Source: Laetmonice hystrix (Eukaryota). From it: a DNA stretch of 64,000 nucleotides. The position numbers were made by a program, and so were the translations under genes. Position 1 is the stretch's first letter. Every line of letters starts with the position of its first letter. Below, piece after piece: positions 1 to 11,000 of the stretch. The stretch lies in contig OZ249441.1 of the NCBI GenBank assembly GCA_965235115.1, positions 18,042,001-18,106,000 on the forward strand. Reading direction: 5' to 3'. Under the pieces are notes generated by a model, which was not told where the DNA came from, did not search any database, and worked only from the letters and a program-made list of their open reading frames with translations.

Positions 1-917
1 TGTCGGGATACAGTGGCACATTCCCAAGAATTCCCCATTGCCTTTTTCTGCGAACTATGCAAAACTAACCCGCTTTTTTATCCTGAGAACTTTGTATTCT
101 TAAAAGGTACAGGTTGATGTTAACTGCGGCAACTGTTGCGTGAGTGGCCCATGTGAATCAAAACCTGAAACAACCGTCTACAGTACTCGCCTCATCTCTC
201 TCACATTTACACATTGTGTATTTTTGTAACAAGTCTGCTGTCTATAGGTTTAAATTCGGGAATTTTAAGGAATATTTCTGACCCTTTATAGGACATACAT
301 TTATTCCACCGAATTTAAAGCTGTAATATTCTTGACATCTATACCTGCCCCGGAGCGGCCCAAGTAAACCTCATTCTTACTCTGAATTGAATACTTCTGC
401 AATCCAGATTTGTGCACACAGGGGAACACATTTAAACCCATGTGCATTCACACTTTTTACGCCACAGAAACGAGATACATAATGAGATAAACAGTTTAAG
501 ACACACTGGCCTAGACTTATATCAGAATTGTTTTTTATTGCCACTCATCTTGAACCAGACAGCAAGAGTGCTAGCTTATCCTGTAGTGTTTCCATTTCCT
601 ATTCTCTGTTTGAATCAGTCTGCCCGTCCACAAAAACTCTGGTATGCAGTCACACCAACACAGCTTTCCCTCAAATCAAAGCAAAGATCCAACTCCGCAA
701 GCCAAGCGTCATGAATTAGTACCGTTTTTGTTACTAAATGTCACTTTGTCATTTTTGTCCGCCATGTACGAACCACCCTGTCTGGTTCCTCCTCACAGAC
801 ACAACGTATCCGTGGTAACTATTTGCAGCAAAACCTAATCTCCACACGCGATCAAAATGCCACCGGGTTTGGGGACGTCATATTTCAAACAAATTTTACA
901 TATTCATTCTCAAGTCT

Positions 918-1080
918 ATGGCGGATCCTGGGAGGAGGCCCAGGGGGCACGTGACCTCCTGACCTCTAACAGAACAGACGTAATAGACAAAGCAGAAATG
1001 ACTTGAGACCCCCTACCCGTTTGCCCGATGCATGAGATCACTTTGTAGTCCCCCGCCTACCCCTTTTGAATCCACCCCTC
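918..1080. mobile_element. short MITE-like dispersed repeat with GGCGGATCC...GRATCCACCCCT ends
   Basis: Imperfect inverted termini (atggcggatcc / gaatccacccct); the same end motifs recur at 42276-42468 and 50514-50695. No clear TSD. Confidence 0.45.
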
Positions 1081-2756
1081 CTGTTATGACTTGGTGACGT
1101 TTCACGGGTGGGTAGTGGAGTGTGGGGGTTAACAGTACTCTCAAACTCACGTTAAGCCAACTGTTTGACGATTAATCCAATCAGTAAAGAAGCTCGTTCA
1201 CAGTAAGGACACAATTTGCGAAAATCCATTGGGGACGCATCCTTTTAATCACTGTTGTGTATAGGCCCTGCATACTGTCAATGGGGGTGGGGGTGGGGAT
1301 GGGGGTGGGGGTGGCGGTCAAACCTTCACCTTTCTTTGATTTATTAATTGTTTCTTTAAGGTCATCACAAAGTCTCCGCCCGGGACGTCGTCAAGGATGG
1401 AACCTAAGATATCACCAAAAACCCTCTTCTACAGGTTTGGATTGTATCTGTCCCCACAGCAACCACTTATCCATTTCTTGTCACTTTGAGGTCAGCTGTA
1501 TTTTGACCTTCATAGTCTCCACTCAAGTTGTCCTGACGCAATAAACTCCTACTTATTCAATAAGTAGTGTCCCACATACAGAAATAGTCCATATCATATT
1601 CTACCATTAATCATCTGCTATCTCTACATTTTCAAATGAAAAAAATGGGGTGGGGGTGAGAGATTTGAAAACACACCACTATGCGTTTGGCGGATCTCAC
1701 ATAAAGCCCTCCGACCCGAAGCCCCCGTCCTGTAGCTCCCTATGGACGTCCATCACCAGGACGTGCCCCTACCCGTCACCAACCACAACTGTCACATTTC
1801 TCATATCGGCATCGGGTCCTCATATAAACCCGCCGCCCGCCGGTGGTGGATATAATCATGCCACGACAGCTCTTTTATGGCGGAGAACCCCTTGATATGA
1901 GCCGCTCTGAGTCACCTCACAACTACACAAACACTGGTCGACAGACACCCAGGTATTTTTAAGGTGGCATTCCTCCTCCCCTCCTCCTGATCCTGATCCT
2001 CCTCTTCCTCCTGCTTCTCATCCTCCTGCTCCACCCCAAACACCTCCAAAAGGATATCCTATATTATATTTTATTTTTATCTCCTTTTTTTCTTGTTTTG
2101 TTATAAGGAATTTATTGGGGGCGGTGGCTGTGGATTACCAGCCCGGAGGATACCGTTACCGTTACGTGCCCCTGTCGTCGTTATCAACTCCCCAATCTAT
2201 CCGTGGATCTCACCTGGTTCAGAATGATGTTACCTCCCACAGCTCGGCTAAACTCTGGCGCCACGACTGGCGTGTCCACCACCACCACCACCACCACCAC
2301 CAGTTGGTGGTCCTTGCAGATGTTCTGCTCCACAAGCTTTTTCTTCACAGTTTTTCCACCGCTGAAGTTGTTATATTACTCATGCTTACTTCCCTCTGCT
2401 CTGTAAGTCGTCTTTTCTTTGATCTCTCCGGTGCCCTTTAAGAGATAGCGGTAGATATCTTCAACCTGTGTGGATACTTAGTGCAGAAATCTCTCCTCGC
2501 TTTTTTTAAAGATAAAGGTTTGAACAAAAAGCCTGTATCCGTCTGTTATTTGCGTCGGTCAAATAACAAGCGTTTTCGAGGCTGAGTTTTCCCTCATTGA
2601 CCTAGGATACCTATAGTTCCGATTTCGTCTTTAGAACATGCTCAACTCGCAAGAGGTGCCAAGAATAAGATAATTGGTTGAAATACTGGAGGTGGTCGGT
2701 TTCACACCAGGAAGAATTCCATCATTCTGATATGATCGCAGTCAGTTACGCTCTAT

Positions 2757-4013
2757 ATGGCGGTGACTGTGAGCTCTAACCCTTCCTCAGCCTTCACGTG
2801 CACTCACAGTGCTGTGAGCTCTAACCCTTCCTCAGCCTTCACGTGCACTCACAGTGCTGTGAGCTCTAACCCTTCCTCAGCCTTCACGTGCACTCACAGT
2901 GCTGTGAGCTCTAACCCTTCCTCAGCCTTCACGTGCACTCACAGTGCTGTGAGCTCTAACCCTTCCTCACCCTTCACGTGCACCCACAGTGCTGTGAGCT
3001 CTAACCCTTCATCAGCCTTCACGTGCACTCACAGTGCTGTGAGCTCTAACCCCTCCTCAGCCTTCACGTGCACTCACAGTGCTGTGAACTCTAACCCTTC
3101 CTCACCCTTCACGTGCACTCACAGTGCTGTGAGCTCTATCCCTTCCTCACCCTTCACGTGCACTCACAGTGCTGTGAGCTCTAACCCTTCCCCAGCCTTC
3201 ACGTGCACTCACAGTGCTGTGAGCTCTAACCCTTCATCACCCTTCACGTGCACTCACAGTGCTGTGAGCTCTAACCCTTTATCAGCCTTCACGTGCACTC
3301 ACAGTGCTGTGAGCTCTAACCCTTCCCCAGCCTTCACGTGCACTCACAGTGCTGTGAGCTCTAACCCCTCCTCACCCTTCACGTGCACTCACAGTGCTGT
3401 GAGCTCTAACCCTTCATCAGCCTTCACGTGCACTCACAGTGCTGTGAGCTCTAACCCTTCCCCAGCCTTCACGTGCACTCACAGTGCTGTGAGCTCTAAC
3501 CCCTCCTCACCCTTCACGTGCACTCACAGTGCTGTGAGCTCTAACCCTTCATCAGCCTTCACGTGCACTCACAGTGCTGTGAGCTCTAACCCTTCATCAC
3601 CCTTCACGTGCACTCACAGTGCTGTGAGCTCTAACCCTTCCTCACCCTTCACGTGCACTCACAGTGCTGTGAGCTCTAACCCTTCCTCAGCCTTCACGTG
3701 CACTCACAGTGCTGCGAGCTCTAACCCTTCCTCACCCTTCACGTACACTCACAGTGCTGTGAGCTCTAACCCTTCCTCAGCCTTCACGTGCACTCACAGT
3801 GCTGTGAGCTCTAACCCCTCCTCACCCTTCACGTGCACCCACAGTACTGTGGGCTCTAACCCCTCCTCACCCTTCACGTGCACTCACAGTGCTGTGAGCT
3901 CTAACCCTTCATCACCCTTCACGTGCACGCACAGTGCTGTGAGCTCTAACCCATCCCCACCCTTCACGTGCACTCACAGTGCTGGGAGCCCCCACCCTTA
4001 TAGCCTCAGGTGA
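2757..4013 (+). CDS. possible repeat-encoded Ser/Thr/Pro-rich ORF or exon (418 aa); may be only a by-product of the minisatellite
   Basis: ATG just before the array and stop just after it, no indels in ~27 units, several variable sites at third codon positions. No recognisable domain or signal peptide. Confidence 0.25.
   Translation: MAVTVSSNPSSAFTCTHSAVSSNPSSAFTCTHSAVSSNPSSAFTCTHSAVSSNPSSAFTCTHSAVSSNPSSPFTCTHSAVSSNPSSAFTCTHSAVSSNPSSAFTCTHSAVNSNPSSPFTCTHSAVSSIPSSPFTCTHSAVSSNPSPAFTCTHSAVSSNPSSPFTCTHSAVSSNPLSAFTCTHSAVSSNPSPAFTCTHSAVSSNPSSPFTCTHSAVSSNPSSAFTCTHSAVSSNPSPAFTCTHSAVSSNPSSPFTCTHSAVSSNPSSAFTCTHSAVSSNPSSPFTCTHSAVSSNPSSPFTCTHSAVSSNPSSAFTCTHSAASSNPSSPFTYTHSAVSSNPSSAFTCTHSAVSSNPSSPFTCTHSTVGSNPSSPFTCTHSAVSSNPSSPFTCTHSAVSSNPSPPFTCTHSAGSPHPYSLR
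2763..3985 (+). repeat. 45-bp minisatellite, ~27 copies (gctgtgagctctaacccttcctcagccttcacgtgcactcacagt)
   Basis: Directly visible tandem array. ORF 2757-4013 translates it as 15-aa units (AVSSNPSSAFTCTHS) without a frameshift. Confidence 0.97.
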
Positions 4014-4817
4014 ACACTGTTCACACACGTATGAGCTCCCCCCGGGAACATCATCACTCCCTTCCGTGAAAATATGAATATGACGAAGACATATTTCTTT
4101 TCGTTTTTTCCCCCTTGACACTTATACGGCCTAAGAGCAAAGTCATGCTACTGTCCAATACACATTCCTCACATATTAACGGCGGGTCAGGGTGGGCGAT
4201 GGGTGGCAAACAATGACACCTTGTTGCTGGGAGGGGCTGAGAACAGGGCCCCACTAATTACTTAGTGTAGTGGGGTTTGGTGGGTGGGTCTGGTGGATAG
4301 ACCAGTGACTCCCGACACTGGGGGACCACCCACCTGTCAGGCTGGGGGTGGGGGTCCGGGGAATGAAGGTAGACTTGTGACGAGTAACGTGAACTACCAT
4401 TGTTTATACATCGACACCCACACCTCTGTAATGCCACCGTGCCTCCCTGACATCTGTTCAGAATTTCCGCTGAACATATTTGGAGAAGTTTTGTAAGACA
4501 GACAGTAAGTGAGAATGGTGGTATTTATATTACAATTGTAACGGACAGCTTCTGGACTCGATGTTATGGTACTGTTCAATGATGCTATTTTCGAAGTTAG
4601 ATCTGCATCCAGACGATGAACACGTAAGCAAAATTCCACCGGAGTATTTGTTCATGGCTGTTTTTCTACCATATTCAAGACGCTTGATACAAGGCCCTTT
4701 TACTTCAATATGTACAGTAAAAAACGGTTGCAACTATTTCTGTTTGTATACGAAGGAAGTATAGTTCACCCATGTATTAAAGAACAAATACCTTGTCTTG
4801 TTCCAGCAACATACAAT

Positions 4818-5343
4818 GGAACCGTTCACCTGCACGATATGTGTTTTAAACATTGGAACCGTTCACCTGCACGATATGTGTTTTAAACATTGGAACCGTT
4901 CACCTGCACGATATGTGTTTTAAACATTGGAACCGTTCACCTGCACGATATGTGTTTTAAACATTGGAACCGTTCACCTGCACGATATGTGTTTTAAACA
5001 TTGGAACCGTTCACCTGCACGATATGTGTTTTAAACATTGGAACCGTTCACCTGCACGATATGTGTTTTAAACATTGGAACCGTTCACCTGCACGATATG
5101 TGTTTTAAACATTGGAACCGTTCACCTGCACGATATGTGTTTTAAACATTGGAACCGTTCACCTGCAAGATATGTGTTTTAAACATTGGAACCGTTCACC
5201 TGCACGATATGTGTTTTATTACTTTTAAACATTGGAACCGTTCACCTGCACGATATGTGTTTTAAACATTGGAACCGTTCACCTGCACGATATGTGTTTT
5301 AAACATTGGAACCGTTCACCTGCACGATATGTGTTTTAAACAT
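4818..5343 (+). repeat. 37-bp minisatellite, ~14 copies (ggaaccgttcacctgcacgatatgtgttttaaacatt)
   Basis: Near-identical tandem units, with one short insertion near 5219. Confidence 0.97.
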
Positions 5344-6993
5344 TTTGTGAACCATGCACCAATACCTAGAACAAGGTCAAATGGAAAGAATTACTCAAAT
5401 CTGACCGAATACTGAGAACTTACCTCGATTCTTCCACAATTACAATCAACAGGCTTAAGTTTACTTGTACCAATTCAAACGTCAGAAAGCTCATTGACAG
5501 CCAAAATCCAAATCAGCTCAGGGCCTTCTGGGGGGAGCTTTTAAATTTGACATGAGCTCAGTTCATGTCGAATGCCTCGTAGAACTTTCGCTTTAACTAT
5601 GAACAAGAGGACAACCACTAAAAATCATTCAGACATCCAAGCCAGACAATTCTTTGTGCTTTGCTATGTCAAGTGGTCAGAATTCCATGAGTTGACAAAC
5701 AAATCCCGGCAGCAACTCAGGTTATTCTGCACTCAGTTGACTCCTATGGCAATCAGAAGGGTGGCGCTCTCCTACACCAGGACGGCTGACTCGGGGTAGG
5801 CTCAAACGGTTACCTCTCTAACTCTATCGGGTCATCGGATCGAATCTGGGTCGGGTCGGAGAAGAGCATTTTCTGCGCCCAGGCAGTAATGTGTGGTCTG
5901 TAACAACACTGTGCGTGAGTTGGATCCCGCCTCCCAGTGTACGTAAGGAGGCACCTTGGTACCTCCTCCTCATGGAGAGAGGGTACTTAGTTCACGTCCT
6001 CAAGCGTTTCGTCATCACAGCGGTTCTCTACAAGCTGTCGTCGCCCTGAATAACATGGCCAACACGGGCCGACAGGGTAAAACTACCAATCACTCACTCA
6101 CTCTTAAAATAAAAGACATAGAGAAATGGCGAAACCGAAAGTTAGTGTCATTTTTGTTTTGCTTTTTTCTGATAACCAAAAAATATAACAGAAATTATTC
6201 AGTCCATGTAGTCTGACTTTATTACCCCCCCCCCCCCCGATAACGGTGAGCGCGGTACACGTTGAACTAGACCAAGTAAATCGGAGATACAAATAGGGCA
6301 CGACGTCCAGCCGTCTCTGTGGCCACCACTGGTAACAAGACAAGGTCACTGAGACAATAGAAAAATGGTAAAAACATTTGACGGTCTCCATTTGTCTTGA
6401 TCAGGATTTGGATCTGGTCGTGATGGGTCGGGGCAAGTGATCAGTGGTGATGATAAGTAGGGGGTTGTCATGATAACAGGGGTGGCCTCCTGTACTTACA
6501 CTGGCCCGCTGCTCGGGCCCGCTCGGCCCGCCGACCTACGGCTTAATGCCACGTTCTCGACATCGGAATGTGCACACAAAGGTAGAAATCTGGCCAAAAC
6601 AAAAGTAGTCCGTCATGATCACAATAAGGTGGACCTCCTATCCTGGCTCCTTTTTTTTGGTTGGGTACTTGTGGAGGGCATCAAGTGCAGGTTGTTGATG
6701 ATATACTCGGTCAGTATGTACGTTTAGAATCCGTATAATTCAGATGAGGGGGGGGGGGGGGGCAACGCCGTTTTTTTCTAAACGTCCCCGGCGTTCAAAT
6801 CAAAGAAAGAGGATATATTGTTGAGGAATAATGTCGGATAAGATCTGGTGATAACCTGGGGTGAGATACACCATGGGTCGTGGACAAGTATCACCATGAT
6901 CCTTTTTTGTCACAGATTGACACACATGTATGTTCTGTTCTAGCCACAGTTCGCACGACGATACGGTAGTCTCTGACACAGGAGAGGTCTCTT

Positions 6994-7154
6994 CAGGGCC
7001 CAGTTTTTCCAAAATTATCAACTTGAGTAAAGCTTACTTCGGTAAACTAACAGGCTTAATCTGATTGGCTGGTCCGCTTTGGTCAGCCAATCAGAAGCCT
7101 GTTAGTTTAAGTAAGCTTTACTCAAGTTGAGAATTTTGGAGAAACTGGGCCCAG
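6994..7154. mobile_element. palindromic MITE-like element with C(A/T)GGGCCC termini and a central inverted CCAAT pair
   Basis: Long imperfect inverted repeat: gggcccagtttttccaaaatt-tcaacttgagtaaagcttactt...ctgattggct / agccaatcag...aagtaagctttactcaagttgagaattttggagaaactgggccc. Confidence 0.8.
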
Positions 7155-7826
7155 GTCATGGCTGGTCTCTATCCGGAGCCGAACTTTCCCATCAAGGAGA
7201 GAGGGCGAGAGAGAGAGAGTCTCTCCCGGGAGGTCCCTCAGTGACAGTACAAGCCTGACCAGAAGCAAGACAACATGCCCATCGGCCAATATTGAAAACG
7301 CCTGACTTTAAAATGTTCAACTCTGCCGTGAACTGGGAGAGATCACTTTCCCATTACTGGGCGGGCGGGCGGGCGATTGCTGGGCAGCTGCCGCCGTCCA
7401 GAGTCCAGCAGGCGGGCGGGCGGCGCCGACAGGCTGGCCGGCAGGAGGATGGCTGCCAGGACCAGCACACCGGAGGCAGTGTGGACATTGCCATGTACCT
7501 GACGACATACCTGATGACACGCCGACACACCATGTCCTCGGACTGCCAGTGGGTGTTTGTGGGCAGCGTCTCCCCAGGAGATTCTCATCTTCCTATTGTC
7601 TCCACGCTCCAACCTTTTGTCCAGCTCAACACCATGTTCATTTTCTAACAGTTTTTTCTCTTTTCATCACTGAATCTCTGTGCTATGCTATAATCAGAGC
7701 GTTATTACAATGGTTGGAGCCTATTCCATTGTTCATCACTTGGTTAACACCTGAAGGCTCGTCGCTTACGTCTGGTCCCACACCTTTCTCACAATATCAA
7801 TGGTAGAGGTCCCATCCATCTCATGC

Positions 7827-8001
7827 CTGGGTTTTTATTTTTAGTTCGTCATTTTACCAATCTTAAGACTGTAATTTTAAGACTGACTTGTCAGTTGTGT
7901 TACGGTCTCTCATTGGCTGACTTCATTTGAAGGACCAATCAGAAAGTTCAGTCTTAAGATTTGAATCTTAAGACTCTTTTCAAACTAAAAATCAGGGCCA
8001 G
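7827..8001. mobile_element. diverged palindromic MITE-like element, similar in layout to 6994-7154
   Basis: Inverted arms (tttttagtt...aatcttaagactg / cagtcttaagatt...aactaaaaa) around attggct / accaatcag. Confidence 0.6.
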
Positions 8002-11000
8002 GTCTGGAGCGCGCAGAATCTATAACTGTACAGGACGACTAAAGAAACAATATTCTTACATGACGACTGTCCCCACTTTATTTAAGAATCGTTTTCCCAA
8101 TCTGTAGTTGCTATCTCGATCCTGAAGCAGCTGAAAGTTATTGGCCATCATTTTCACCATGTTGTCAGGGTGCCCGGGAGGCAATGGCTGGCCGGCTAGC
8201 CCAGGCGCCTGTGTGGCCCTCTGGTCCTCCCACAGGTGAGGCCTTGCGCAGCCGTACGTCCAGCCCACCCCCCTCCATGTCAGAGGCCCATCGGCAAATC
8301 AAGTAAAATCTTTGTTTCTCTCCCTCTTGTGCCATGATGTTATATACCCAGGGGGCCTGCGTTTTCCCATACCTTATTGTACATTTCACCTATTGTCAAT
8401 AACCAAAAAACACCAACAGTTCTCTCTCTAATCTGTATACTGGTGTAACCTGTACCATTCCTTTTTATTGAAGGAGCAAATACCATGTAAGTTTCCGGAG
8501 AAAAGGATACTCTAGCTTCCAGTACATAATTACATACACGAGTATTACTTTGCCCAAACGTAGGAGGTCAGACGAGACAGAAACATGCCTCCATCTTGTC
8601 GGCCTCAATGGCCCGGCAGCCATGTTGTGCCCCTGGTCCAGGCACCAGCCTCTTCCATTTTCATTCCCATAAAGCCAGAAATCACCTGGCCTGTGGTCTC
8701 CAACTCGGGTGCCTTATGTCCATAATAAAGTTATATTGAGCTTGAAAAAATTCCGGTTAGCCCCCAAACTGATAATCACTGATTAAGTAGCAGGTCATCA
8801 ACATACTAGAAGATGAAAACACCTTGGACCATAAAATGTGTACGTGTCTCCGCAATCTGTCCTCATCGCTCTTCATGCCCATCGGCCAACAGATCGCACA
8901 GCCATATATATACTCATCTTTTTTTAAATTTCTATTTTCAAAATTGATTACATGTTCTTGAGGCGGAATGGTTCATGTCCTTACCTAAAAATTAACTTTG
9001 TCTCATTTGGGTTAGAATGACTCGTTTCTGTGGTGTGTAGGTTGTTTTATCACCATAGTCTGGGGGCAATACCTGGAGTAACTAACACCCAATTATGAGG
9101 AGGAATATGACATGTTTATTACCACAAGCCTAGAGCTGTATGGTGTAGCATATGTATCCTGCTGCCGTCTCCAAGCGGCGGGTCAGCCAGTCATGATCAG
9201 AGGTCCCCTTGATCAATGCTTGCCTCTCCAACATGTCACAGTCTGTGGATATCCCTGCTTGGCACAACACGCCGAGGTGGAGAGATGGACAAAAGGTACG
9301 GAGATGAAGGAGACACCATGATTGACTGACGACTCAAAGTCAGGCCTCCCGCCAGCCAACTCCAGCACCCAGCCGGCCCGTGTGGACCCTTCAGGGTTAT
9401 AGATATACGCTGGCTCCTGGCGCTACCCACCACAGACTATCTATTGTCGGGCTTCAGTCTACCACGGAGCTAGTCTTCACGGCCTGCCTGCCTCCAATGT
9501 GGCGCCCTCTCTGAGCTAACAGTACCTGCCCCCCCCCCCTCCACCCCCACCAGACCCGCCACCGTCTTATGAAAACCCCATCACGGCGGCCAGCTTTGAT
9601 CCCACCGATTCCACGGCCACCGCTCCCCACAATCGCCTCTCTAATCAACTTCAATTAGATTTCAATTTTTCAATAACTCACCCAAATACAGAACAGATGT
9701 TTTTGAAAGTGTGAGTGAATCTCGGCTATTGTCTGGCGGGTTTGTTGGTTGGCAAGAGATGAGGCAGGATGGCCGGAGGACGTGCTGACTATTGCTATGG
9801 AAGCACTCAGCAGTGTCCACTCACCCCTACACGGTACGGGCCCTACATGCAATGTCAACAGATGAATAGAAACGACCCGTCCGACCGACGGCCAGGTAAC
9901 AGCCTCCCGTTGTGGGGCAGCATCTTCAACATTCCCCTCACGTGGCCGCCAATCGACACCACTGTTTACGTTGTTTTTGAAAAATCTCGCCATCGCCTTA
10001 ATTCACATGATGGCCTTGCAGGGAGATCTTCACATTCAAAAATAACATGCTACTTAACACTTCACGCCTTCAATTGCTTTCAGAAATCACAAAAACCTAT
10101 GTATCTTTCGTGTTTAAATTGGAAAATTGTGCGTCGTTGTCAATTAAAAGTATTGATGCAAAATGGTGCCATTTAGATCATTCACTTCATGTTGAAGGTG
10201 TAAAAAGTAACCAGCATTATGCCAAGGACTTTTTCAGAGATAATAAGATTGGATAAGTGTGCTTCAGCAAGAGGAGGTGGTACAATTCTATACCCTTCCG
10301 AAGAGAACCCCTTCCCTTTCATGTCCAGACCCTCCGATATGTCATTTCCTCGGTATAGCTCAAAGCCTACACCTGTTTTTGCACCTTTTCAGTCCGGTTT
10401 GAAAGCGCCATGCACTTTGCTTAGACTGTCGAATCTGAGGAAACCGCCAAGACAAACGTCTACCCATGTGTAAATCCTGGCCGAGGTTAACAGTGGTCAA
10501 GGGATCAACCCTTGGGCTGACCTCACTGACCAGTCGGACAATGGTTGGCTGGTCGTCGGGCCAGACATGGGAGGAGAGTGGTGGGATTCAGGGGCCGCAG
10601 GGGCCAGCCTAGAGTCACCTCTTCACTCCTCAATACCTTTATTATCATCGCCTCAAACAATCATCATTTTGATCTTCCCCACCGCAATATAATGGCTGCG
10701 CGGGGGTCACAAAGCCTTCACCCTCCTCAAAGTGACCCGCCTTGCATTTTCCACCATTAGAAAAATTTTGAACGCCACAAAAGGGGGGAGATCTACTCGG
10801 CTTGAGAACAGTGGGGAATAATTGGGGTATCGTTTGGCCAGGGTGCCCCAGGTCGACAAAGGTTGTGACAGGTGGGCTGGGTCAGGGATACGACGATCCC
10901 CTCCCTCTGTCAGCGCCTACCTGACAAATGGTCACGACCCAAAGTTCCCCACCCTGACGGCTCAGGGTCCGTCCGCATCCATAAAGGGCTCCCTGACAAT

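Noticed and set aside
2763-3985. CACAGTG (V(D)J RSS heptamer) in every 45-bp unit; array as CRISPR-like
   Set aside because: No ACAAAAACC nonamer at 12 or 23 bp; units are contiguous with no unique spacers, and the context is eukaryotic.
8056-8268. Minus ORF with NYRLGKR, resembling an amidated neuropeptide cleavage site
   Set aside because: Single site, no signal peptide, no splice support; expected by chance among many short ORFs.
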